A stretch of DNA of 64,000 nucleotides from Polyangiaceae bacterium (GCA_044376115.1 JBILLK010000002.1:320001-384000); one strand, 5' to 3'; positions 30,233-39,448 are shown, counted from the first letter of the stretch. The notes: a model not told the origin generated them from the letters alone. Program-made: numbers and translations.

Positions 30233-30915
30233 ATTCCCCTCTCGATGCAGGGTGGGAAGGGGCAGGTAGTTGTCGAGCAGCGAATGCCTACCGGACAATC
30301 AGAGTCGAGCGTGCAGGGTGGACTACAAAGCCCCGGATAGGCGTCTTCGCCATTGTCATAAACACATGTATGACCTCCTAAACATGGCTCCCCGGCTTCT
30401 TCGCATTCGGAAGTGCAAAGCGCGCCTCCATTGATCTCAAGACGATAGGGGCACTGTGCGGAGCAGGGTTCTCCGTTTTGTGGCGCATATACTTCGCAAC
30501 GGGAACTAACGGTACCGGGCGACGGGGTACAGTAGCCATAGCCGACGCACTCAAAGTCGTCAGCGCACGAGCTTGGAACCTGAACGTCGCAGGCACCTGG
30601 CAGACAAACGTCAAGCTCCTCCGCCGCTTCATCCGAATAGCCACAAGTGAACCCTGCGCTGCATTCAGGGCAAGGCGTCGTGCAATAAGCACGACCCCCC
30701 GGACCACCTAAAACCAATGGCTCGCACGGAGCCGGGCAACCAGCACCCGGCTCCGACTCAAAGCCAGGGCACGCCGGTGGAAACGCATCGGAACCCGCTT
30801 GCGCTCCAGCTCCTGCGCTGCCGCCACTGCCTGCATCACCGTCGCCACACGCGAGCGTTAGAAGGCCCAGAGCCAGCCCTGCAAACGGATCTTTCAGCTT
30901 CCAATGCCACATCAC
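30208..30915 (-). CDS. Cys-rich lipoprotein, paralog of neighbour
   Basis: LTLAC lipobox; CPG...GCPAxC...YCxxxC pattern shared with 29528-30232. Confidence 0.75.
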   Translation of the reverse strand: MMWHWKLKDPFAGLALGLLTLACGDGDAGSGGSAGAGAQAGSDAFPPACPGFESEPGAGCPAPCEPLVLGGPGGRAYCTTPCPECSAGFTCGYSDEAAEELDVCLPGACDVQVPSSCADDFECVGYGYCTPSPGTVSSRCEVYAPQNGEPCSAQCPYRLEINGGALCTSECEEAGEPCLGGHTCVYDNGEDAYPGLCSPPCTLDSDCPVGIRCSTTTCPFPPCIERGICDYLFSL

Positions 30916-30954
30916 AGGCCTCCAAATTTTCAGCGAATGCTCAACGGTTGCAGC

Positions 30955-32556
30955 TCAGGGAAACCACAACATCCTGGCCGACCACACGTGCGTCTCATTT
31001 TCACGTTGATCTCCCCAGGCGCTGAGGAAGCCACCATCAAAGCGCGGGAGTGCCACCAGGCCATTGAACGCGCCCAGACTCTGTTCCACTGGCCAGCTCG
31101 CGCTGGCCCCATCAATGAGCTGCGCGATCGGATCTGGGTCACCACCCCGCCAGGTCCACCCCGCCTGCCGCACTCGGTTGTTTCCGGTGGTGTCGTATTG
31201 CGTAGTGACAAAGTTGAGGCCAACGTACCCATCGGTCTCGCCCGGATACTGGAACGCCGAGATCACCGGCATCCAGGCGTCCCTTGGCATCGTGGTCGCC
31301 GTACCAGTAATCAAACGCGGGGAGTTGTACCGCGTGGTCCAGTTCCAACTCGAGGGCTGAGACGTTGGGATGGTGCGGCGCACCTGGATCCTCGAGTGCG
31401 TATCGGTCGAGCTAAACTTCTTGGAGACAGCGACGAAGAGCTCGCCGGTGACCGGGTTGACCGCAAGGCCCGGCCGACCAACCGCGCGGTTGTGCGGCGT
31501 GCCACCGCTAACACTGCTGGCGCCAACGCAGCGGCGCCAAGCGGTGTCGTTAGCCGGAACGGCGGCAGTATAGGTCGCAGAATAGAAGAGATCTCGCACG
31601 CGCCAGGTGACGTTGGCGGTAGCGGTTGAGGGGCAGGTAAAGCCTGTGTTGGGCACAGACGCATAAGCCACGTAAAGGTGGTTGCCGTTTGAGGCCACCG
31701 ATACTTCATCGACGTTGCTAGGAATGTAATCCGCGCGGCTCTTCGAGGGGAAGGTCTCTATATCAAAGACCCCAGGCACGCCGGTTTGTCTCATCAGGAT
31801 CTTACGGCTGAACCACTCCGCCTCGGTAGTCGTGCATCCGCCGCATGGGTTGCGCAGAAACTTCACCTGACGCCAGAACACCTCGACGTAGCCCGTCGCG
31901 AAGCCGTCCGCCATCTCTGGGGCGGCTGTCACAAAGGAGATGCCGCCGTGCGTGTAAACCGGGTCGCCAGAACCTCCGATGGTGTTGTTCAAAACCACTG
32001 GCGCCGAGAAGGTCTCGCCGCCATCGGACGAGACGAGGCCGACAATGTCAGTCGCGAGTGTGCCGTTGTTCAACGAGAGGCCGTGGTCGGCCGTGCCCAC
32101 CATCGACACCATGACGAAGTGCCTGCTCTTCGGCATCGAAGGGCTTTGCACTTGGTGAAAGCTCACGGGGACGGGCGAGCCCTCATACGCTCGAAACGCA
32201 GAGCGATCATCACTTGGCTGGCTAGCTGGCAAAGACCAGGTGTTGGCTGCCGGCTTCGTCCAAGTGCTTCCATTGTCGTGGCTCCAGGCCCAAAGCGCGT
32301 TGCCAACGCCCTTCTCGTAGCCGATAACAACGTCGCTCATCCAGTCGACCGCGTTGGGCCGATACTCCCCGTTTGATGAGGCCACGTTGGGCGACTTTCC
32401 CGGCACCTTGTCAAAGTCGGATATGCCCTGGATGGTTTGAAGAACCGCTAGCGGCTGCAGCGCGGTGTCCACTTCTTCCGACTCTGTCGGCTCACACGCG
32501 CTGAGGCTAATTGCGGCGAAGAGGGTTACCCCCCCCAAAATGTTACGTTTGGTCAC
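30955..32556 (-). CDS. Lipoprotein with Asp-box (BNR/sialidase-like) repeats
   Basis: Lipobox LSAC; SHDNGSTW and SSDGGETF Asp-boxes; GGAG RBS upstream of GTG 32556. Confidence 0.75.
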   Translation of the reverse strand: MTKRNILGGVTLFAAISLSACEPTESEEVDTALQPLAVLQTIQGISDFDKVPGKSPNVASSNGEYRPNAVDWMSDVVIGYEKGVGNALWAWSHDNGSTWTKPAANTWSLPASQPSDDRSAFRAYEGSPVPVSFHQVQSPSMPKSRHFVMVSMVGTADHGLSLNNGTLATDIVGLVSSDGGETFSAPVVLNNTIGGSGDPVYTHGGISFVTAAPEMADGFATGYVEVFWRQVKFLRNPCGGCTTTEAEWFSRKILMRQTGVPGVFDIETFPSKSRADYIPSNVDEVSVASNGNHLYVAYASVPNTGFTCPSTATANVTWRVRDLFYSATYTAAVPANDTAWRRCVGASSVSGGTPHNRAVGRPGLAVNPVTGELFVAVSKKFSSTDTHSRIQVRRTIPTSQPSSWNWTTRYNSPRLITGTATTMPRDAWMPVISAFQYPGETDGYVGLNFVTTQYDTTGNNRVRQAGWTWRGGDPDPIAQLIDGASASWPVEQSLGAFNGLVALPRFDGGFLSAWGDQRENETHVWSARMLWFP

Positions 32557-32751
32557 TTGTTGCTCCTGTGAATCAGTAGGTAAAATCACCGATTCGCAGT
32601 CCTGATAGCGCGATTGGCACATCGACAGCAACGGGCTTTTCGTTCCGACCCGCAATCGTCACAATTGGACCGGCCGGTCGCTTCTAGCGCCCCCATGCGC
32701 CGCACTTTAGTTGGAGCGGGCTCTCCTCGCCACTCGGCTTCGCTGCTGTCG

Positions 32752-33057
32752 TGAATCCACTCCCCGCGAATTCTCTTCGCCCTCCTCACACGAAATTCCA
32801 TTCGAGTGGATTCACGCCTGGCGCCTGCACCACAAAATCCACTCGAGTGGATGTTTGCACTGCGACGCGTCACAAGATCCACTCGAGTGGATTTTGCGAA
32901 GCTGAGTCCATCCAAAAATCCACTCGAGTGGATTCTTGTGGCGCCGTGCGTCAGAAAGTTCCACTCGAGTGGATTTTGAGACCTTGGGAGCTCAGAAAAT
33001 CCACTCGAGTGGATTCTGCAGCGCGGTGCGTTAAAAATCTCCACTCGAGTGGATTTG
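32752..33057. repeat. Regularly interspaced array of ~22-bp palindromes (7 good + 1 degenerate), period 40-41 bp
   Basis: Central hexamer (C/T)TCGAG at 32801, 32842, 32882, 32923, 32964, 33004 and 33044 within TCCA(C/T)TCGAGTGGAT; degenerate copy near 32760; 18-19 bp variable spacers. Confidence 0.95.
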
Positions 33058-33229
33058 GCGAGGGTTGGCGGCCGGTGGGGAAGGGCTGGCTAACTTTCTC
33101 AACTTTCTTTCGGAGTTTCGTCCTCGAGGATCGCCTTAAGCAATGAGGGCGCGATGGGAGCGCCGAGGCGTGACGGCATGAGGCCGCGCGCTCGGCGGAG
33201 CTCCATGCGCTCGCTCAAGGAGAACGCTC

Positions 33230-34117
33230 ATGACCATGTCCGATCCCAATTCCGTCAACTCGGGCTCTGCAGCGGCACCGGTGGATTTTCGCGACGCGCT
33301 CGAGGCCTGCCGCGCTGAGTTCAGCACCATCGAGGAGCAGGATTTCCAGCTGATTAACATCGATATCACCGCGCGTTGCACGGTGGTCCTCGGTCACTGC
33401 GAGAAGCTGATGGGACTGTGCCCGCAAGTGCGAGACGAGCTACCCAAGTTCGATATCAGCTCCTTCGAGACGCTGGAGATCAAGACGAAGGCGGCGTTGC
33501 AAGCTCACTTCGATCACCTGCTCGCGAGCGCCAAGCCCGGTGAGATCCCGGAGCTCGACGCGAAGTTGACGCGCTTCCGCACGCTGTTCGTGAGCGACAT
33601 CAACGGCCTGGCGACGCGCGGGCTGATGGACAACAGCAAGCTGCCCGACCTCAAGAGCGCGAGCGGCCACCGCAACCAGGCTGAGTCTGTGTTCGCGCTC
33701 ACAGCGCACTTGCGCCGCAGCTGGGAGACCATTCGCACGCGCACCGCGGTCACCCTCGATGAGCTTGAGGAGGCCGAGTCAACCGCGCAAAGCATGCTGA
33801 TGGCGCTCGCACGCAGAGACGCTTCAGTGATCGCGCCGAACGAAGCGGCGCGGGCTCGTCGTCAGGCGTACACGCTCTTCTACCGCGCCTATGCGCAAGT
33901 GCGTCGCGCTGTGCTCTTCCTGCGTGAGCCCTTCGGCGACATCGAAGCGTTCGCACCCACCCTCCGCACGATCGAGCGCAAGGCCAGTCGCGATGAGGGT
34001 GAACAAGCCGCAGAGCCGGCGCTCGTCGCGCCGGCGCAGAAGCCTTCGAATGCAACGAACGACGGCAGCTCGAATAGCATCGGTCTGCCTACCGACGACC
34101 CGCTCGGTCGAGGCTAA
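33230..34117 (+). CDS. Uncharacterised all-alpha-helical protein (Polyangiaceae-type hypothetical)
   Basis: AAGGAG RBS; INIDI...LPKFD...RGL...RRQAYTLFYRAYAQVRRAVLFLR...APTL; disordered tail. Confidence 0.85.
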   Translation: MTMSDPNSVNSGSAAAPVDFRDALEACRAEFSTIEEQDFQLINIDITARCTVVLGHCEKLMGLCPQVRDELPKFDISSFETLEIKTKAALQAHFDHLLASAKPGEIPELDAKLTRFRTLFVSDINGLATRGLMDNSKLPDLKSASGHRNQAESVFALTAHLRRSWETIRTRTAVTLDELEEAESTAQSMLMALARRDASVIAPNEAARARRQAYTLFYRAYAQVRRAVLFLREPFGDIEAFAPTLRTIERKASRDEGEQAAEPALVAPAQKPSNATNDGSSNSIGLPTDDPLGRG

Positions 34118-34503
34118 ACAGGGGCTGAGCCGCGGTCTCGCGGTCGCTCGACCGCTCAAGCTGAAGAAGGAGGGGACGCCGGTAGATTTGCCGGCGCACC
34201 ACCTCGTTAACGCTCGACATCGGGGCGTGGACGAAGTCGGTGGAGGGCTAATCTCCAGCGACGATCGTGCGCGTCGCGCACCTCGATAGGTGTAGCCCGC
34301 TTACCGCCACACTCAGCCAACCCACCCTACCAAAGGCCGCTGGTCGCGCTGATGAAGCAAGCGCGCGCCTTCAGCGTGGGCGTGGTGATAGCCAGGCGAA
34401 ACTCAAGCGACCTCGACTACCCGCTCGCTACGCAACGCCGGGCTTTGGTCTGGTACTTCGCGCATAGCATCCGTAGATTGATGAGTATGGGGCGCTGAAA
34501 AGA

Positions 34504-35499
34504 ATGAACTGCGTGGCTTGCGGTTCGCCGATCAACAGACGGGGCTATAATAAGCGTGACAACCCGAATGGTCGCGCGCTCGAACACGCAATTCCGGCGT
34601 GGCTTCAGTCAGACCTCGGTATCGCCTGCGAACAGTTCACCCAGCGACACCAAGGATTCGGTCCGGACGAAGGTCAGATCGTCTTGGCAGCCGAGATCGA
34701 TAGTCTCTGCATCACGGAGAAATCGCCGCCGCGGACGCTCGTGCCCGACAAGCGCCTACACGGTGGAGTGTGTTGGCCATGCAACGGAGGTTGGATGCAT
34801 GACCTTGAGAGTGCCGCACAGTCGATACTCCGACCGCTCATTGAAGGGCACTCAAGCTTTGCTGAGCTTGCCGTAGATGCGCGCACGGCCTTAACAAGAT
34901 GGCTTTTGAAGACGGCCTTCTTCATTTGCGACACCAGCGCAGGGCCGACAATGGTTCCCGCAGAACATATGCAGCTCGCGATGCGAGGAGCGTTACCTGA
35001 TGGCCTTGCGCTGTTCGGCGCACCCAATCCGTCCCCGGGAGTCTACGGCTGTCACGTCGACCGACACTGGCTAGAACTTCAGCCCATTCAGGGTGACTCT
35101 CCGGACCTGAAAACCCTGGCGGGCCAGTCCTACAAGTTCTCCATCATGCTCGGGCGAGCGCTGTTCTCGTTGGTCTACTGGCCCCCAATCGGCGATTGGA
35201 ACCTTGCGATTACCCCAAGTCTTCACGAGGAACTCTGGCCACGCGCGCGTGAGCGTGCGGTCATCCCATGGTCGATGCAGTTTCCAGTTACGCCTCACGT
35301 ACTCCTTGTTTTCCACTTCGCGACCGGCGTCACAGAGCGCCCATCCTGGACCACCTCCCACGAGCGCCTCGAGCTTCCCAACGGAAGCCGCGCGATCTTT
35401 GCTCACGAGGCTGCGCACATGCAGCTTGTTCATTTGCACTCGCTCAACGGCTGTCCCTACTTCGAGCCATCCCAAGTTGCCCGGTCCACGTCGACCTGA
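34504..35499 (+). CDS. HNH-like (His-Me finger) zinc-binding nuclease domain protein
   Basis: N-terminal CxxC (CVACG), EHAIPAWL, and VCWPCNGGWMxxLE (CxxCN) motifs. Confidence 0.65.
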   Translation: MNCVACGSPINRRGYNKRDNPNGRALEHAIPAWLQSDLGIACEQFTQRHQGFGPDEGQIVLAAEIDSLCITEKSPPRTLVPDKRLHGGVCWPCNGGWMHDLESAAQSILRPLIEGHSSFAELAVDARTALTRWLLKTAFFICDTSAGPTMVPAEHMQLAMRGALPDGLALFGAPNPSPGVYGCHVDRHWLELQPIQGDSPDLKTLAGQSYKFSIMLGRALFSLVYWPPIGDWNLAITPSLHEELWPRARERAVIPWSMQFPVTPHVLLVFHFATGVTERPSWTTSHERLELPNGSRAIFAHEAAHMQLVHLHSLNGCPYFEPSQVARSTST

Positions 35500-35567
35500 A
35501 GACGGTGGGCCAGAACCCCACCTCATTGCACTCGCTCGTCCAGGCCAATAGGTTGGCCGCGTCCTTC

Positions 35568-36296
35568 ATGCTGAACCGACGGCCGTTTATCGCTGCGCTC
35601 GCCATCGCGTTCTTCGCCTGCGCTACGCCCCCGCAGCCTACGCGCGACACGGCCTCTGCGTCGGCGTCAGGGAGCGCCCGACGAAGCGTGTTGCCGCTGA
35701 TTCACGTTCCGAGCAGGTGCCACTACCTCCACCACGTACAGCTCCCGCGGCGAGCGGCGACGACCACCGCTGTTGAAGAGACCGCGACCGCTCTTGCCGA
35801 CGACGCTGGTACGACGTTCACGCTCGAACAACACGTGACGGGAGCTTCCCCGAAGGACGAGTTATTCGCGACCTCGGTCCATCGTCTCGACGCGCGTGGG
35901 TTCCTGCTGATGTCGTCGGTTGAAAGGTTCCCGGACAAACCACCTGACGCAATTACGTATGATCCGCCAAGACTCATTCTGCCGTCCGACCTGACGGCTC
36001 CCGCACCGTGGACCGTTCGCCGCTACGATGGCGGTGTGGCACAAGTCGTCGTCGAGCTCCGTTCAAGCTTCTGCGCTGACGGCGTCACGAGCAGCACCAG
36101 CTACACCTTCCCGAACGGCCGCTTCACGGTCAAACGAAGGCACTTTTGCTCTGGCGATGGATGGCGCGGCGAGGAGGTGATCTACAAAGATCCGGACGGC
36201 ACGCTCACCTGGATGTGGACCACCGACCTGACCTGCGAAGGTCACGCATTCGCCGATCCTGCTCTGAGCGCGCGCTTCCCTGAAGGGGCGCCCTAG
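35568..36296 (+). CDS. Hypothetical lipoprotein
   Basis: MLNRRPFIAALAIAFFAC lipoprotein signal. Confidence 0.7.
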   Translation: MLNRRPFIAALAIAFFACATPPQPTRDTASASASGSARRSVLPLIHVPSRCHYLHHVQLPRRAATTTAVEETATALADDAGTTFTLEQHVTGASPKDELFATSVHRLDARGFLLMSSVERFPDKPPDAITYDPPRLILPSDLTAPAPWTVRRYDGGVAQVVVELRSSFCADGVTSSTSYTFPNGRFTVKRRHFCSGDGWRGEEVIYKDPDGTLTWMWTTDLTCEGHAFADPALSARFPEGAP

Positions 36297-36298
36297 GC

Positions 36299-37208
36299 AT
36301 GCGCGACGCAGCCGATCGAAGGGCGATCTTGGCCAGGAGGAGCTTCCTCGTCTCCTCAGCGCTCGCGGGGCTCCACTGTTCGACGGGGCTCGCGGGAGCC
36401 GACGCGCCGAGGCCTGTCCCCCTCGTTTGGAAGGAGCACCTCGCGAAGGGCTCCGCCTCGGCTCGACACGACGGCGTTCCCCGAGATCGCTGCGCGCGCT
36501 CTCTTGAATTGGGTCACGTGGCTCGACAGAGCCTACTCCGCGATGGAGAAGCTGTTCGAGCCGGCTGGTGAGGAGGACTGCGCAGACAAGGCCGCTTGCA
36601 CTGAGCTCTGGACTGCGCGTTCAGAATGTCTCGAAGACGCTCGAGCTGCGCAGTCTCTACGTGGGTGTATCGGCTGCGGTGACGACGAGCTGCCCAAGAG
36701 GCTCGATGATTTCCTCCTGGCTCACGAGCGCTTCCTCGAGGCGTCGCTCAAGCTCGCGACGACGTATTGGACCGAGCTCGCCCATTCGATCGGGCCTGCG
36801 GCTCTGGAGGCGTGGCGTTCGCACGCGCCGGCAGCGCCAAACCCGTTTCAACCCTGCCTAAGCTGCCTGCCTCCCGAACGCGTGTCGCTACGTGCAAGGT
36901 TCACGTTCGCCGAGGGCTCGGCAGCGCTCGATCGAGACGCGGAGCTCGTCATCAACGAGGTCCTCGAGGCGCTGAAGGATCCTTCAATGCGCCTCGAGCT
37001 GTGGGGGCACGCGCTGACGTCAGAGCAGGACCCGACAACGCTGGCGAGGCTTCGAGCCGAGGCCGTGCTTACTGCGTTGACCGCGCGAGGCGTCGACCCC
37101 GCACGCGTGACCATCGTTCCGCTCGGCGTTGGGTTCGCCGAGCGAGGACTCGTCGAGGTGATGCGGCTAGATCCCCGACGGCGACACGGCGACGTCCTCG
37201 GGTGGTAG
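36299..37208 (+). pseudogene. OmpA-domain protein split by +1 frameshift
   Basis: N-terminal RRAILARRSFLVSSALAG in one frame; QPCLS and an OmpA-like domain (FAEGSAAL...LWGHA...LARLRAEAV...GVDPARV) in another. Removing one G of GGG at 36448-36450 joins them. Confidence 0.65.
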
Positions 37209-37224
37209 TGCCCAGGCTCGGTGC

Positions 37225-37360
37225 CCAACCTCACCTGGAAGGGCGCGAGCACGGCGATCGGCCGGCCGGCCCGCGCGATCACGATGCGCGCACCGCCCTC
37301 CACCTCCTCGAGGAGCTTCGATAGCTGCGACTTCGCGTCGTGGATGTTCACCTGTCGCAC
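37225..37360 (-). pseudogene. Phd/YefM family antitoxin, truncated, no toxin
   Basis: MRQVNIHDAKSQLSKLLEEVEGGARIVIARAGRPIAVLAP, after which the frame runs antisense into the OmpA gene. Confidence 0.75.
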
Positions 37361-37459
37361 GGACTAAACTTAGCTATCTGGAGCGCAAGCCGGAGTGCCT
37401 AAAGTGTCGGCCGTAGGGCAGGGCGAGTCTTTCATGCTGAACCGCCGCCTCGAGTGCCG

Positions 37460-37681
37460 TTGTGCCTTGGATAAACTATCTCAGGCACAATCTGCCGTTG
37501 CGGGCTTCACGTTCGGCTGCGCGCCACTTGCACACGCCGCTCGGTCCCTCGGCCCGCCCTGGAATCTGCGCGGATTCGATGTGTCCGGCCGGCGCACGGT
37601 GCAGCCTGCGCTATTCCGCGTACGCAGAGGGCCAGGCTCGAGTGCGATTGTGCCTTGGATAAACTATCCAAGGCACAATCG
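37460..37681. repeat. Two copies of a 31-37 bp palindrome (family D)
   Basis: CGATTGTGCCTTGGATA-AAC-TATCCAAGGCACAATCG (37645-37681, perfect) and an imperfect copy at 37460-37490. Confidence 0.9.
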
Positions 37682-37838
37682 GCATGCCGGTCGGCGGGGC
37701 TCATGACGGCGGCGATTCACGTCGACGCTGGACCAGCGCGGACCAACGTTGGCGGTGACGCTGGGGATCGCCCATCGAATTGGTCGTTTTGTGGAGTTCG
37801 GGCGCCCATCGGTGGGGGATGGGGCGCGTTTCTCAACA

Positions 37839-38002
37839 ATCCATCCAATTCGACCGCCCATCCCCGCGACCGCCCATCCCGGGACCGCCCATCTCCGGAC
37901 CGCCCATCCCCGGCGACCACCCATCCAATTCGACCGCCCATCCCCGGCGACCGCCAACCCCCTGACCGCCCATCCCCGGCGACCGCCCATCCCCGGGACC
38001 GC
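37839..38002. repeat. Tandem ~16-18 bp GACCGCCCATCCCCGG repeats
   Basis: About nine degenerate units directly after the stop of the ATP-grasp gene. Confidence 0.85.
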
Positions 38003-38003
38003 C

Positions 38004-38972
38004 TCAGCCGAGCTTGCGGAGCTCGCTCTCGAGGAAGTCGACGACGCGTTCGAAGGGGTCGAAGCCGAAGGCCGCTGCGATGGGGGCGCGCAGGTTCGAG
38101 TTCGCGTTGATGTCGTAGAACACGGGGCCCTCGGGGGTCTCGATGAATTCGATGCCGGCGACGTCGAGGCCGCCGGCGCGTACGATCTTGCGGCCGGCCT
38201 CGACTGCGTCGGGGGAGACCTCGGGGTACGGATAGAACTCGACTGGCTGTGTGGGCTTCACTTCGGGTACGGCGCAGGCGCCCTCATCGCCGTCGACGGG
38301 GTTGCAGAGCTCGGAGGGGCACAGGTTGAAGCTGCCGTGGGAGACGACGCGCATCGCGTAGAGCAGCTCGCCACCGAGAAATTCCATGCGGACGATGCCG
38401 TGGGAGGTGTCGTACGGGACCTTCTCCTGCAACAGAAGCAGGTTGTCGGGCAGCCACAGCTCGGGGCGCTGCTCGAGCAAGCGCTCGAGCTCGTCGACCG
38501 TTTCGAGCAAGAACATGCGCGCGCCGCTGCCGCCTTGGTCCGGCTTCAGCAGCGCGGGCCAGGGAAAGCTCGCAGCCCGCGCGCGGACGGCCTTGGCGTC
38601 GTTGAACGTGATCGTGCGTGGGCCGCGCAGGCCGAGCTTGCGGAGCAGCGCCGCCTGCGCAGATTTGGACAGCTCGAGGGCGAACGTGCGCGAGCCGTTC
38701 AGCACGCGTGCCCCGGCTTCCTCCAGGTTCTTCATCAGCGCCAGCGCCAAGGGCACCGCCCGCGCGTTGCCGCGAAGGTAGGCGCTGGGGCTGGCCTGGC
38801 TGAAGTAGAGCTTCGCCTCGGGCACGTCGGCCTCATCGAAGGCCGCGGCTTTGAGGTCGAAGGGCTTGAAGGAGACCCCACGCCGCTCCAGCGCCGCAAA
38901 CAGCGGCTTCTGCCATTCCGGATGCTCGTGGATGACGATGAGATCGACGGGCTTCGATTGGAGCGCGGCCAT
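38004..38972 (-). CDS. ATP-grasp ligase (RimK/GshB-like)
   Basis: PALLKPDQGGSGA, LLLQE and GIEFIE...FYDINANSN motifs. Confidence 0.85.
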   Translation of the reverse strand: MAALQSKPVDLIVIHEHPEWQKPLFAALERRGVSFKPFDLKAAAFDEADVPEAKLYFSQASPSAYLRGNARAVPLALALMKNLEEAGARVLNGSRTFALELSKSAQAALLRKLGLRGPRTITFNDAKAVRARAASFPWPALLKPDQGGSGARMFLLETVDELERLLEQRPELWLPDNLLLLQEKVPYDTSHGIVRMEFLGGELLYAMRVVSHGSFNLCPSELCNPVDGDEGACAVPEVKPTQPVEFYPYPEVSPDAVEAGRKIVRAGGLDVAGIEFIETPEGPVFYDINANSNLRAPIAAAFGFDPFERVVDFLESELRKLG

Positions 38973-39037
38973 GGCGGATTCATGTCCGTATCTGCCGGCC
39001 CGGTCAATCCGGATCGCGGTCCGAATTCCCTAGGCCC

Positions 39038-39448
39038 TCACTCTCCCTCGAGCTCCACCACCTTCAGCTCCAGCGCCCTGATCGCCGCGCGTACGGCCTC
39101 TTTCGGGTTTCGGGCGAGGTTCTCCTGTTGGACGCTGAGGGCGCGGCGGTAGAGGGCGAGGGCCTCGGGTTTGTGGCCTTCGCGTCGTTCGAGGTCGGCT
39201 TGTTCGCTCAGTAAGGCGACGAAGGCACCGACGTGTTCGCGGGTTTGCAATTCGGCCACGAGTTCGAGGGCTGAGCGTTCGGAGAGGGCGGCGGCCTCAA
39301 CGCCGAACAGGCTCTTGAAGGCGTCGCGCAAGACGATGTTGGCGCCGCTGAAGTCTCCGGCCGACTTCTTGGAAGAGACGCGCGCCAAGGTGTTGCCGAG
39401 CTCAACGGCGAGCTGGGCGACGGGTTTGGCGCGCACCTTGGAAGCCAT
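39038..39448 (-). CDS. Helical hypothetical protein (possibly DUF6483-like)
   Basis: 136-aa TPR-like ORF in operon order after the dehydrogenase. Confidence 0.65.
   Translation of the reverse strand: MASKVRAKPVAQLAVELGNTLARVSSKKSAGDFSGANIVLRDAFKSLFGVEAAALSERSALELVAELQTREHVGAFVALLSEQADLERREGHKPEALALYRRALSVQQENLARNPKEAVRAAIRALELKVVELEGE

Noticed and set aside
32752..33057. Calling the array a canonical CRISPR
   Set aside because: Spacers are only 18-19 bp and partly related, repeat flanks vary, and no cas genes are in the window.
32586..33146. ORFs 32586-33044 (-) and 32751-33146 (+) with IHSSGF/KSTRVD repeats
   Set aside because: Translation artefacts of the palindromic DNA array; the 40-41 bp period shifts frame each unit.
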